In this document: piece after piece, positions 44,150 through 55,802 of the stretch
How the letters are laid out: the number at the start of each line of letters is the position of its first letter
Position numbering within the stretch: the stretch's first letter is position 1
NCBI GenBank assembly: GCA_024346625.1
Contig: AP024666.1
Span: forward strand, 1,736,001 to 1,800,000
Direction: 5' to 3'
Source: Williopsis jadinii
Taxonomy: Eukaryota
Length of the DNA: 64,000 nucleotides
Notes under the pieces: model-generated
What the model was told of the DNA's origin: nothing
What the model saw: only the letters and a program-made list of their open reading frames with translations
The model's database searches: none
Program-made: the position numbers and the translations under genes

Positions 44150-45170
44150 TGCGACATAGGCTGTTCCTAAAGCTTCCAATGCTCATAGCTGCTCACCATG
44201 TGCGAGTCTCGCTACAGTGTTTATGACAATCTTCCTACACATCGCCATTGAAGAATTTGTATGGTAACTATCCCAGAGCATTACGATATTTCCAATAGGA
44301 CCATTCTTGATGGTTCATCTTTTACATGAGCCACTGCGTTGATCCTGGTTGTCTCCCCCACAAGGCTCCCCATGCTGAATACATGGATAGTGATGAGCAG
44401 ATGTTATATAGGTAACGTTCCATTAGAATGATACTAATAAAAATAACAAGCACACCTTCAAGTCTCCCCAGAGTACACCAAATTCTGGCTAACACTAAGC
44501 CTGGCAGATATACAAAGCATGAGCGTGTAATCTTTAACACTTCCTGAGATATAGCCATCCATGGTTTGTATGGTGTAACTAGCATATCATGATGAATTCC
44601 AGAAAATAAAGGCGTTGAAATATTGGCCAATGGCGTGGCAGCGATGTGTTTCACCTTCTGGAATACCACCAGTATCACCATTGATCGTTATGTCGAGACG
44701 TGCTCTTCGTACAGGGGGTGTAAAGCAGGGAGACTCTACACTCATTTGTACTCTGTGTCACTGCACACGGAGCCATCAATGCTAATACTCATGGAACAAC
44801 CCCCATGCAATGCCTCTATAACGCATCACATTACATAGATACCATCTCACGTAAGCATACACAAACTCCTAATGACGACTAGTTCACGTGCAATCACAGC
44901 TAGTGCCATACACAAACTCGAAACACCGGTAATTTGCTGGCTGGCTCACTGATTGACTCTTCCCAATGAGTGAGCCCTTGGTTAATATTACACAAACCGT
45001 TGATGGTGTCCACGAGGAAAACACAGAACCGACGGTACACAAAGCCACGGGCAAACTTATTTATAGGGCGCCTAATCCGCAATTCGTTTGTTGTTTCACT
45101 TAGCCAACTACATAATCTTTGGATACTGCAAACGGTGACTGATCGATAAGAGCTGAGCATGTTGGTGTGG

Positions 45171-46828
45171 AAGCTTGGAACCACTGGTGGAAGACCATCT
45201 CTACGAGGTCTGGGGGTCAGTTGGAGTCTTACTGGCTCTTTCTGAGGGACAACTCTCAGCTCTCTTGAGTGGTATCTTCTGAGCTTGGAACCACTGGTGG
45301 ATCATCATCTTGATGAGATCTGAGAGTCAGTGGGAGTCTTACTGGCTTCTTCTGAAGGACAACTCCCAGGTCTCTAGAGTGGTATCTTCTGAGCTTGGAG
45401 TCACTGGTGGATGATCATCTCGACGAGATCTGAGAGTCAGTGGGAGTATTACTGGCTTCTTCTGAAGGACAACTCTCAGTTCTCTTGAGTGGTATCTTCT
45501 GAGCTCTGAAGCACTGGTGGATCACCATCTCGACGAGGTCTGAGGGTCAGCTGGAGCTTCGCTAGCTTCTTCTGAAGGACAACTCTCGAGTCTCTAGAGT
45601 GGTATCTTCTGAGCTTGGAACCACTGGTGGATGGCCATCTCGACGAGGTCTGAGGGTCAGCTGGAGCTTCGCTAGCTTCTTCTGAAGGACAACTCTCGAG
45701 TCTCTAGAGTGGTATCTTCTGAGCTCTGAAGCATTGGTGGATCACCATCTCGACGAGATCTGAGGGTCAGTTGGAGCCTCACTGGCTTCTTCTGAAGGAC
45801 AACTCTCGCGTCTCTAGAGTGGTATCTTCTGAGCTTGGAACCACTGGTGGATGGCCATCTCGACGAGATCTGAGGGTCAGCTGGAGCTTCGCTAGCTTCT
45901 TCTGAAGGACACCTCTCAGGTTTCTTGAGTGGTATCTTCTGAGCTTGGAACCACTGGTGGATGGCCATCTCGACGAGATCTGAGGGTCAGTGGAAGCCAT
46001 ACTGGCTTCTTCTGAGGGACAACTCTCAGTTCTCTTGAGTGGTATCTTCTGAGCTTGGAACCACTGGTGGATGGCCATCTCGACGAGGTCTGAGGGTCAG
46101 CTGGAGCTTCGCTAGCTTCTTCTGAAGGACACCTCTCAGGTTTCTTGAGTGGTATCTTCTGAGCTTGGAACCACTGGTGGATGGCCATCTCGACGAGATC
46201 TGAGGGTCAGTGGAAGCCATACTGGCTTCTTCTGAGGGACAACTCTCAGTTCTCTTGAGTGGTATCTTCTGAGCTTGGAACCACTGGTGGATGGCCATCT
46301 CGACGAGGTCTGAGGGTCAGCTGGAGCTTCGCTAGCTTCTTCTGAAGGACACCTCTCAGGTTTCTTGAGTGGTATCTTCTGAGCTTGGAACCACTCGTGG
46401 ATGGCCATCTCGACGAGATCTGAGGGTCAGCTGGAGCTTCGCTAGCTCCTTCTGAAGGACACCTCTCAGGTTTCTTGAGTGGTATCTTCTGAGCTTGGAA
46501 CCACTGGTGGATGGCCATCTCGACGAGATCTGAGGGTCAGCTGGAGCTTCGCTAGCTTCTTCTGAAGGACAACTCTCGAGTCTCTTGAGTGGTATCTTCT
46601 GAGCTCTGAAGCATTGGTGGATCACCATCTCGACGAGATCTGAGGGTCAGTTGGAGCCTCACTGGCTTCTTCTGAAGGACAACTCTCGCGTCTCTAGAGT
46701 GGTATCTTCTGAGCTTGGAACCACTGGTGGATGGCCATCTCGACAAGGTCTGAGGGTCAGCTGGAGCTTCGCTAGCTTCTTCTGAAGGACAACTCTCAGG
46801 TTTCTTGAGTGGTATCTTTTGAGCTTGG
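45171..46828. repeat. Tandem array of 15 x 110-bp units
   Basis: Units start every 110 nt from 45171 to 46711 (GAGCTTGGAACCACTGGTGG...GAGTGGTATCTTCT); no length variation. Confidence 0.98.
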
Positions 46829-47914
46829 TAGCTGATCATGACAGAATTCAGTTCTTGAATGAACACAAGAGATGGTTCACCAACTATCGTCATGCACTGA
46901 TCACTGACCACTGACTGCTGAATTGGTTCTTCAGTATCAGACAGTATATAGTTAAATACTTGTAGTGTATATAGTAACCAGGTCACTTGGAGGGATTACA
47001 TACAGATGCAGTTGTATGGTATCCACTGAGATTGGCTCACCACTTTCATCTATAGAAGCACTGAGGTGAACTACTCTACTCCTCAGACGGTTATTAGGCT
47101 TCAAGTGGCCAGTTTTATAACCGTCTGAGCAGTATGAAGAAGACAAGGCCAGAGGGAAGTACGTTCATTTCGGTCGAGCATGGTAAGGACACTTCTATTT
47201 GCCAGGACCCAATCTCTGCTCAGCATTGAGTTAAGAGAGTGTACAGAAGAAGGCTACCCGTGGTGTGTTCTTTTTCTTTATACAGAGCTTCAAATCTGCT
47301 ATTCAGTTGGGCACGGAACGTTTAGTGTCCAAATAAGCGTAGTCGATACAGACAGTCCCCTTGTCAAGACAAAAGCATATATATATACCTCTACGCAATA
47401 TATGGATTGCCGTGACGTGTTGGAAGCAGCATAAAGCCAGAGAATCATAAATAGTTGGATCAAGTCTTATTACATACAAGCTGGTGGTCGATACAACACT
47501 CAATGCGCAAGTCTTGCTACTGATTGTTGGAAAATCCACAGTGACAGCTCTGTATTAAAACAGAATGTCATCCCTTCTCTAAAAAGGGCATATAGATTTC
47601 TGCCTTGTCACTTGAAAGTCATCCAGACGACCCGGTTCTTTCTGAACTCACAAACATCGCAATGAAGTATACAGAAAACACCATACCAATTACCTATAGA
47701 TTATCTTCTCATTGACTGACTCAGTGGACCGGAACAATGTTAAGTAGACTTTTAGCTTTGTAGTCCTTGCTGCATGGGCTGCATGTGGTTGATGTAGTTT
47801 TTCCATTGGTCGCGTACAAATTGTAATCGACTCGGAGAAAATCAGGGCTCTATGTGTGTGCCGTGGATGGTCAGTTACCCGGACTTGGAAAAGAGGCGAA
47901 TTGAGAAAAAATAA

Positions 47915-47996
47915 TGGATCCTATGAGATTCGAACTCATGCATCTTACGATACTCGATCTTGAGTCGAGCGCCTTAAACCGCTCGGCCAAAGATCC
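47915..47996 (-). tRNA. tRNA-Leu(CAA), intronless
   Basis: GGATCTTTGGCCGAGCGGTTTAAGGCG CTCGA CT CAA GA TCGAG, long variable arm, GTTCGAATC, downstream T-run terminator. Confidence 0.95.
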
Positions 47997-48077
47997 ATTT
48001 GTTATTTTGTTGACCTCCCCTCTTTGTCATGCTAGTAAGAAAATAAAGCTTATAGAGTATGATTAATTATTATACAC

Positions 48078-49154
48078 ATGAATTGTATAGCTTTAATCGT
48101 CTTTAATATACTATTCATTGATTGTGTAACTGCTTTAATAGTTTTAGGACTCATTTATCACTTCCTTTCATTAACTTAGTGGTTAAACCATTTGATTACT
48201 TTGGAAAAGGTGAACCCATTTTATATCAGTACTTTAATCATAAGGGTAGTTATTAAAATGATGATAATAAAAATAGTAAACTGGTTTCCAAATTTACCAA
48301 AAATATACTAATTTATAGCTGATACTCTAACTAAGAGACTTATGAGGTATGAGTATGGGATCCTCCATGCTTCCTGAGATATAACCTTTCAAAAAGAAGA
48401 TAAACTTGGTCAAAAACGCATAAACTTGCCTATATCAACAACGAAACAGATTTAGGAAACTATAGAGGGCCAGGCAGTAAAGCTGATCTATATACTCATA
48501 TATATAAGCTTAAATTGATTGGACTGGTGGGGTTTTCAAGAAAATGAAGACCTTTTTTTAAATGGATAATCCTGGTTCTTCATTACCCGAGCAAGCCTAA
48601 AAAGGTAAGGATGCCTCCACAGTGCTTGAAGGATATCATCTTGGAACCAATCACTGCCAACTATTCACGACCAATCAATACAATTATTTAGTAATCGTCT
48701 TGGGCTTTAGAAATACTGGCGACTCAAATGGAGCAAACTGACTCAGTGGGCATCGAAGGTTGTGTATTCCCTGGAGTTAATGGTATGATGCCTCAAGAAA
48801 ATGGACAAGAGCAGTGTGTAGGAGTTTATACAATTAGATCCAGACTTAGTTACAAATCTCCAGCTTTAATTGCTTACAGGTGTTCTTCAAAATGGTGAAG
48901 AATATAATAAACTTGAGGAACACATTGGTAAGATTGATGACTTTTCCTCTCAAAACACTTCTATATACTCCTATATACCTCTAGAGAAATTGTTCAACAG
49001 GGAATTAGAAACCTGTGCTCAACGAGAGAAGGAATCTTTGTTGAATTTGCCAACATTGAACCAAAGGCACCAACAAAGCCAGAACATTGTACTTTTTACG
49101 ACCAGAGGTGAAAGAATTTGCCTTGGTGCGCACAGATATAGCAGCAGAACATGA
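48078..49154 (+). pseudogene. AT-rich decayed ORF with signal-peptide-like start
   Basis: MNCIALIVFNILFIDCVTAL followed by protein-like segments broken by stops and frameshifts; family not recognised. Confidence 0.3.
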
Positions 49155-51865
49155 TTTCTGTACTTATCAAAAAGAGATCTACAGGTCGCTTCACTTTAAT
49201 CAAGATTGTGAAAGAATGTTTTTTTGGCCTTTGAGATTCTCTCTTTGATACAACAAGGATAGGATGGAATCTTTGCCATACTAATGGGACCTAGGCTAGT
49301 ATCATTCTACCCACACCATACACACACTTGCGAACATATACACGAAATCTTACGCAACAGTTTTAGGAAACTCTTTAAGCGTTGGCTTCGTTAGTTTCAA
49401 AGTAGTCATTTGATCAATGAGAGAGACTAAGCGTAAGTCAATACCCAGTGGTCACACGGTGTAAGGTGATCGAGAGGGTACCGGTGAATCCATGTTATGA
49501 CTTCGAGTCTTGTTGCAGACAATAAGGGTAAGAGTCGTCCAGAAGAAGAGACTGATAAAGAAAGCCGTTCAGCAGTCGGATTGAAAATCAATGCTGAAAC
49601 CAAGATGGCTCTGCGTCCCTTGTTGCTCGACCATATCGATGAAAACAGCCCAAGGTCATCGTGGTTCTCTGATTCTGTTGACTTGTGTGCTTATGTATTT
49701 GAGCCCTTGGAAAGTTCAGCACTAATCACCTTGAGCAATACTGTTGTGGGGAAGGCTGGATTACTGTTTCATGGCGAGCGTAAACCAAGCAATCCAAAGA
49801 GTGGTTTCATTCCAATTCAGATGTTGAACTTCAATCACTTCGAATTCATGGCCCACCATAGACTATAACTAGATAAGATATCGCTTCTGGCAGTTCATCC
49901 AGTTTACAAGTTTAATGTGACCCACCACTTGACAAACATTGCAATATTTCACATAGACACCATGCAGGAGTGGCTTTCCAACCACCATTACATATCCCAA
50001 AGCTTGTCTTCTATGCTTTTCTAATGAATTTACACTGGTGACTTATATAGAACAGCAATTAGCGAAGACTCCGAGGTAACCACAGTCCCAGATCTGGTTG
50101 CGAGTCCGTGGATTTTCATCTCTTTGACCTTGAATCTGCCTTCAGTGGAAAGTGTATGTTAACGGAGAAATCCACTTCATACAGCCATAAGGCGTTGTAT
50201 ATGCGATACGTGTTATGCATCTCTCCTGGGACAAAAAGAACTGGAATGAAGACACGGCTTGAAAATTTGTCTGCTCCAAACTTTTAACCCAACGCTTTGT
50301 TTCGTGACTCTGTTCCTCACACTTGTTCTAATTTCCTCTCGTGACAGTTCAAGTTATTCTGGCTGTGTTATACTCATTCACAAGCGTATGTAGTATGTAC
50401 AAGGAGTCATTTAGAGCTGTGGTTATATTCGTTTTCCGGGAGAACGCTAGACCACCGGACCTCAGAGGCCCTTTGAAGGACATTAATTTTGCCGTACATG
50501 ACAAGTTATTAGCTAATTGTCCAATAAGCACACATCTACGTGATGTAGATTTCATGACCACCTCATACTGTATGTGAGCTTTGCAATGATTTGTCAATTT
50601 CGTGTTGTCAATCCTCAGGAAGGACAAGTTTCAGCCATGCAGCGGAAATCAGCGGGAAAATGAACCTAATCTATGACTATTTTAACCACTACGCATGTTG
50701 GCTATATTAACTTTCACCGACGTGTCACCTCAAAGGGCCCAGTGTCCGAAGACATTCTGTGGAATTAGTGCTGTTGCTAATTAGTATATGACTTTTTGTC
50801 ATTAACCGTATAGAGACATATGGAGTAACTGGTTGGCTCTTTTTGGTATCTACCCTCAGTGAGCCACTATCCCAACCACGGAAGGAGCGTGTCACGAGCT
50901 ATGAGCCCCAAAGGCCTTACAATCTTGATATGGGAGAGCTCCAGGTTCTGTGGGGACAACTTCCACTTTTTGCTGCAATGATCTTCGGTTCTGACCGCCC
51001 TGGACACTGTAGCCTTGCTAAAACGGAAAGGCCCATCCTTTTAGCCTATTTTTGTCCCCTCCTAAATCCCACCCTATTTTAGTCCGTCGGTGATATAATC
51101 TCTAGATCACAACAGATGACAGGATATACATAGAGTTATACCGCTCCTTCATCGTCCACTGGAAACATTAAGCTTGTAAAGTCATCTACCCTCAGTGCTC
51201 TCGTATTGGCAATGTCCAGTTGATAGCAACAAAAGGAGACATCGGTTGAGTTTTTCCCATTTTCAAATGTCCGTGCATGAAGTTTCACCGATGAACGCCG
51301 TAATTTTCCGATGATGCAGCGAGTCCCACCACTGGACATAGGACATAGGACATTGGACATTGGACATTGGAAAGTGGTTAGATTCCCTGTTTGACTATCC
51401 TTTGGTTGTTGAGAGCAGTTGTATCCATTTGCAACTCTGGTCTTTGCGAGTAGTAAGAAACGATCTCACCCTAAACTATCCCACAGTTTGTCCTTTGTCC
51501 AAGAAACAACAACGACAACATATGCTACCTCCAGCATATGCCATCTCCAACATATCTTAGCTTCAACAAGACACACAGTTCTTGGTTTCACATTCTCTGT
51601 TCTGGATTTGTCATTTACATGAGCACTCTGTAACCTTATGCATGTACCCCGGTGGGGTGGGGGCGTTGTACGATGTGTAATATGTAATAACGGGTACCTA
51701 ATTCCCATTGCACGTAGCAGTCAATGTGCTATGTGATGTAGACCCCAGAAGTTGTGTGTCTTATAGGCCAATTGCTTGCTGAGACTGAGGATCCCCACTG
51801 GCTATATAAGGGATACCTGATCCTCCTTCAGGTGCCCAGTTTATGAGTTGGTTTCCATCCACTAT

Positions 51866-53407
51866 ATGTCCACAATGGAGGAGAACAAAGCAGAGATCAC
51901 ATATGTGGAAAGCGCAAAGGAAGACTTTGAAATTGTCAAGCAATCAGAGCCAACTGAGGAGTTGGAGAGAAACTTGGCCATCCCAGAGTCTTTGAAACAT
52001 ATGACTGAGGAAGAGCTTGAGGCATTTGACAAGAAAGTTACTAGAAAGATCGATTTCAGAATCTTGCCAACATTGGTTTGGATCTACATCTTAAACTACT
52101 TGGACAGAAACAACATTGCGTCGGCACGTCTTGGTGGCATGGAGGACGACTTGGGGCTGAAAGGTAATCAATACCAGACGTGTATCTCTATTCTTTTTGT
52201 TGGTTATATTCTTATGCAAATCCCAGCAAACATGCTGATGAACAAACTGGGAAGACCTTCAGCCTTCATGACGACAATCATGTTTACCTGGGCAATTATC
52301 TCTACATGCACAGGTGCAGTACAGAACTACGCAGGGTTGATGGTCATTCGTCTGTTGCTTGGGTTCGTGGAAGCTGGCTTCTTCGGGTCTGCCTTGTACT
52401 ACTTGTCATGTTGGTACTCCAGAAAAGATCTGTCCTTGAGAAATGCCATTCTCTACTCAGGTTCATTGTTCTCCGGTGCTCTTTCAGGATTGATTGCTGC
52501 AGGAATCATTGAAAATATGAACGGGGTCCATGGTTTGAAGTCTTGGAGGTGGTTATTCATTATTGAAGGTTCTATCACCATTGGAACTGTTCCCTTGGCC
52601 TACTTCATCCTTCCAGATATGCCACATAACTCAAAGTTCCTCACAGAGCAGGAGAGAGATTTTGTCATGTGGAAACTCAGAAGAGAAGTGGGTCAAGACG
52701 ATTCAGACAAGCTGAACGAGGAGTCGTACTGGACAACGTTCCTTTTGACTGTTAAGGATATCAAAGTCTGGTGTCTCACTGGTGTCTTTGCCTTCCTCGT
52801 TGCAGCCTGTGGTGTCACCAACTTCTTCCCAACAGTGGTGAAAACTTTGAACTTCGACAATATCACCACTTTGGGCTTGACTGTACCACCTTATATGATT
52901 GCTGTTGTTGCAACATTTATCTGGGCTAGACATGCGGATAAGACTGGAGAAAGATTCCTACACGTCACCATACCTCTGGTGTTATCAATGATAGCCTTCA
53001 TTATTGCAGTGGCAACTACAAATACTGGTGCACGCTACTTTTCCATGTGCCTGATGATCCCGGCTTTGTATTGCTCTTTTACAACTATTATCTCATGGAT
53101 GTCAAACTGTGTTCCTAGACCACCATTGAAGAGAGCCATTGCAATTTCCTTGATGAACTGTTTGTCCAACTCCACTTCCATTTGGAACTCATATTTGTAT
53201 CCAACCAGTGCAGCACCAAGATTTCTTCAGGCTTTCATTGCAAACATCGTCTTCCTCATCTTGGCCATTGCGATCGCAGTTATCCTTAGAATCAAGCTGA
53301 TGGTTCTCAATAAGAGAATCGAAAGTGGCACCATGAACTGGGAGAAGGAGCTTGGTCGTGGTAATGACGGCTCTAAAATCAGCCCTGATTTCCGTTTCCT
53401 TGTTTGA
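51866..53407 (+). CDS. MFS anion:cation symporter (Dal5/Tna1 family)
   Basis: RKIDFRILP, LNYLDRNNIASARL, RLLLGFVEAG, WRWLFIIEG, DKTGER. Confidence 0.93.
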   Translation: MSTMEENKAEITYVESAKEDFEIVKQSEPTEELERNLAIPESLKHMTEEELEAFDKKVTRKIDFRILPTLVWIYILNYLDRNNIASARLGGMEDDLGLKGNQYQTCISILFVGYILMQIPANMLMNKLGRPSAFMTTIMFTWAIISTCTGAVQNYAGLMVIRLLLGFVEAGFFGSALYYLSCWYSRKDLSLRNAILYSGSLFSGALSGLIAAGIIENMNGVHGLKSWRWLFIIEGSITIGTVPLAYFILPDMPHNSKFLTEQERDFVMWKLRREVGQDDSDKLNEESYWTTFLLTVKDIKVWCLTGVFAFLVAACGVTNFFPTVVKTLNFDNITTLGLTVPPYMIAVVATFIWARHADKTGERFLHVTIPLVLSMIAFIIAVATTNTGARYFSMCLMIPALYCSFTTIISWMSNCVPRPPLKRAIAISLMNCLSNSTSIWNSYLYPTSAAPRFLQAFIANIVFLILAIAIAVILRIKLMVLNKRIESGTMNWEKELGRGNDGSKISPDFRFLV

Positions 53408-55001
53408 GAATATGAATTGAATTGCCATGATTGCGTTTAACCGTTCACACTCGTAGATAATCCACTAAACGTCAGATTGAGAGATAGCCATAGTAAGGAT
53501 GCTACATCAATTGTAGGCAAAATCATTAGAGAAGGTTCTCAGTACTTCTGGTTAGTTTCTACTCGTGCTGCGCCATTCATTATCCACATGGCTATGCAAT
53601 TGTAGCAGAAAGTCTCAACCTGATCTGGCATCGCCTTAAGTTCATAAGTGTTCTTCAATCACCTCACTAGACCCATACACAACACCGAATTTACCATATA
53701 TAATATATTAGAAATTGTCTATGAGCTTCAAAAGCACATGGCCAAGACTGTCGAATGATACAGCCCGTTGTTACAAATGATGGTCAAAGTAGGTTCTTTT
53801 GTATTAGTGAACTTCCTCGAGGGCTTTACTCTACCTGGACATATATATATATCGTTCAGTATAAGGACAAAGACCACCCTTCATTCTCAGTGAAGAGTCA
53901 GCATTCTCTCTTCCTTATTGACAAGTAATAACGACATCAGTGACAAAGCCGTTACTGCCTTTCCTCATAACAGTCCAGGTCATTGAGGACATGAGCAATG
54001 ATGCCATTAGGGGAAATGGTTGTTGATGGCTTGTTCATTATAGATTGTATCAATGATTGAGGGAAAAAGTCACCAAATGAAGGTAGCCAACCATGGTTCT
54101 TCCACCTCTTAAAGCCAGAGACCAATCCCATACTTCATCTTGTGGAATATTGCCTTCACTGTATGGTTTTTTTGCAGTTGCTGTGTTGATGCAACCATCA
54201 ACTTCACTTGCATGATTGTTTCCATTCGAGTAAAGTCCCACTCTTATGGATAGTGCTATGGCTGTGAAAAGACAAATGCTGAGTCCATGACATTAAATCA
54301 ACACCCCTTGTGCTACAACACTTGTGCTTTGATGCCATGTTCTTGAGTGTTGATCACAATGGCTGAGAAGAGCAGAAATGTACTAAGATGTATAGAGAAT
54401 AATCTGTTGGCAGTAATAGCGCAGCAATAGCTGAAACAACAACAGAGAAAATATATTACATAGGGGTTACACAATAACACAATGAACATAGTATGGGACA
54501 TGAATGGTATTCACTTGCCAAACACATGTTCTAAAGGAGACGGGAGCCAAAGAATCGTCAACAAATCATGCCTGTTATTTTCATCAGCAGCAAAGGAGAG
54601 GCCCTCATGTAATGACCTCTTTAAGCTCAAAGGAGACAGTTTGATGGATCGTTTGAGCAAGAAATAACAGGATTTCCATGGTCCTGGAGAGCTACATAGG
54701 CTTGGAAGTAGCAATCATACGTTCAATGTGGTTTATTCGTGTTCATTTTCAGCCAATGGTAGAAATTTGAGAGCTCAGTTTCAAGTTCAGTTCTTGTCGT
54801 TATAATTTGAGAAGTAGCTGAAGGTGGAACATGTGAAGCAGATCCAAGAAGATGAAGATGGCCCATTTGAATAAAAGCAATCATATAGATCTGCCATTGA
54901 TATTTGGGGTTTCGATCGAAGTGACTGTGCCATAAATCGATATTGATGGAGAGCTAAAAAGAACATTAATTCCTTTTCCCATTGGTTAGATGAGATAACC
55001 A

Positions 55002-55802
55002 CTAGTAGCTTCCATCCAATGAAAACAGGTAGTCTTGGAACAGGGAATTTGGGACGTATTCATGGTTATCAGAATAGTGGATCATAAGTTGTCCCAAGTC
55101 CCTGAAGCTCTCGTGCTGCTGACATTCATGTTCATGACACAGTGGCTCGCTCCAATCTTCTCCATTCCAAGGAGGTGTTGTACCATTTGAGCTTGAATTA
55201 TAGACTACACCATGGATGGGATTGGCGTCACCATTGTCATTCGTCGGTAGTTCTGAGTAGAGCTGCTTTATTGGAGGTGAATCACTCAACAAATCCCCAT
55301 TCAGCGTTTTCACATGGAACTCTGGCGATACCGTATCTGTCATGATGTGCTCCTCGAGCAAATGGTCTGACAGCCCTGATGCCGTGAGGAATGTGTGAGC
55401 ACAGTCGAATGGACACTCAAACCTTATGAGTTTCATTGGTCTTTCATCACCATGGTCGGAGTTTGAGCCATCAGTCTTAGAGGCACCAGTCGACGGCTGC
55501 TTATTACCTGCAGAGCTCTCTCTTTGTCTCTTACGGTCATGATAACCTATGTGTCTCTTCAGCTGCTGGTTCGTTATGAACCTCTTATCACATTCGGGAC
55601 AACCCAAGGGTCTTTTATCCGCATGAGTCCAGGCATGAGATTTCAAATGGGTTTCTCGGAAGAAGCACTTACCACACACATCACACTCAAAGGGCCTGGT
55701 GTTGTCATGACTTCTCTTGTGCTCCTCCAGCAGACAAGGCCTGTTGTAGGCCTTGTCACAGTTCGCATAGGGACACTTGTACTTCTTTGCCCTCCTGTTC
55801 AT
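55002..55802 (-). CDS. FZF1: Five-finger C2H2 transcription factor, Fzf1-like
   Basis: Three N-terminal fingers (YNRPCLLEEH, HLKSHAWTH, KRFITNQQLKRH), isolated fourth finger, fifth finger WSEPLCHEHECQ..F..L.QL..HY...H.YVP.SL; same layout as S. cerevisiae Fzf1. Confidence 0.85.
   Translation of the reverse strand: MNRRAKKYKCPYANCDKAYNRPCLLEEHKRSHDNTRPFECDVCGKCFFRETHLKSHAWTHADKRPLGCPECDKRFITNQQLKRHIGYHDRKRQRESSAGNKQPSTGASKTDGSNSDHGDERPMKLIRFECPFDCAHTFLTASGLSDHLLEEHIMTDTVSPEFHVKTLNGDLLSDSPPIKQLYSELPTNDNGDANPIHGVVYNSSSNGTTPPWNGEDWSEPLCHEHECQQHESFRDLGQLMIHYSDNHEYVPNSLFQDYLFSLDGSY

Noticed and set aside
44322..44681. 119-aa ORF whose VIFISIILM looks like a GPI signal
   Set aside because: That peptide is encoded by the 24-bp element also found in the 3' flank at 35084, so it is not independent evidence of coding.
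45171..46828. CRISPR array, or repeated 90-aa genes, or an intron in each unit
   Set aside because: Eukaryotic, no unique spacers, no cas genes. The 90-aa ORFs arise from frame cycling through a 110-bp unit. The CTGAC..CAG motif has no acceptable splice donor.
49497..49868. 123-aa ORF in the gene desert
   Set aside because: No recognisable domain or supporting signal; cannot be supported as a gene.
48000..51800. LTR retrotransposon upstream of tRNA-Leu
   Set aside because: No paired TG...CA repeats, target-site duplication, or gag/pol motifs that I could identify.
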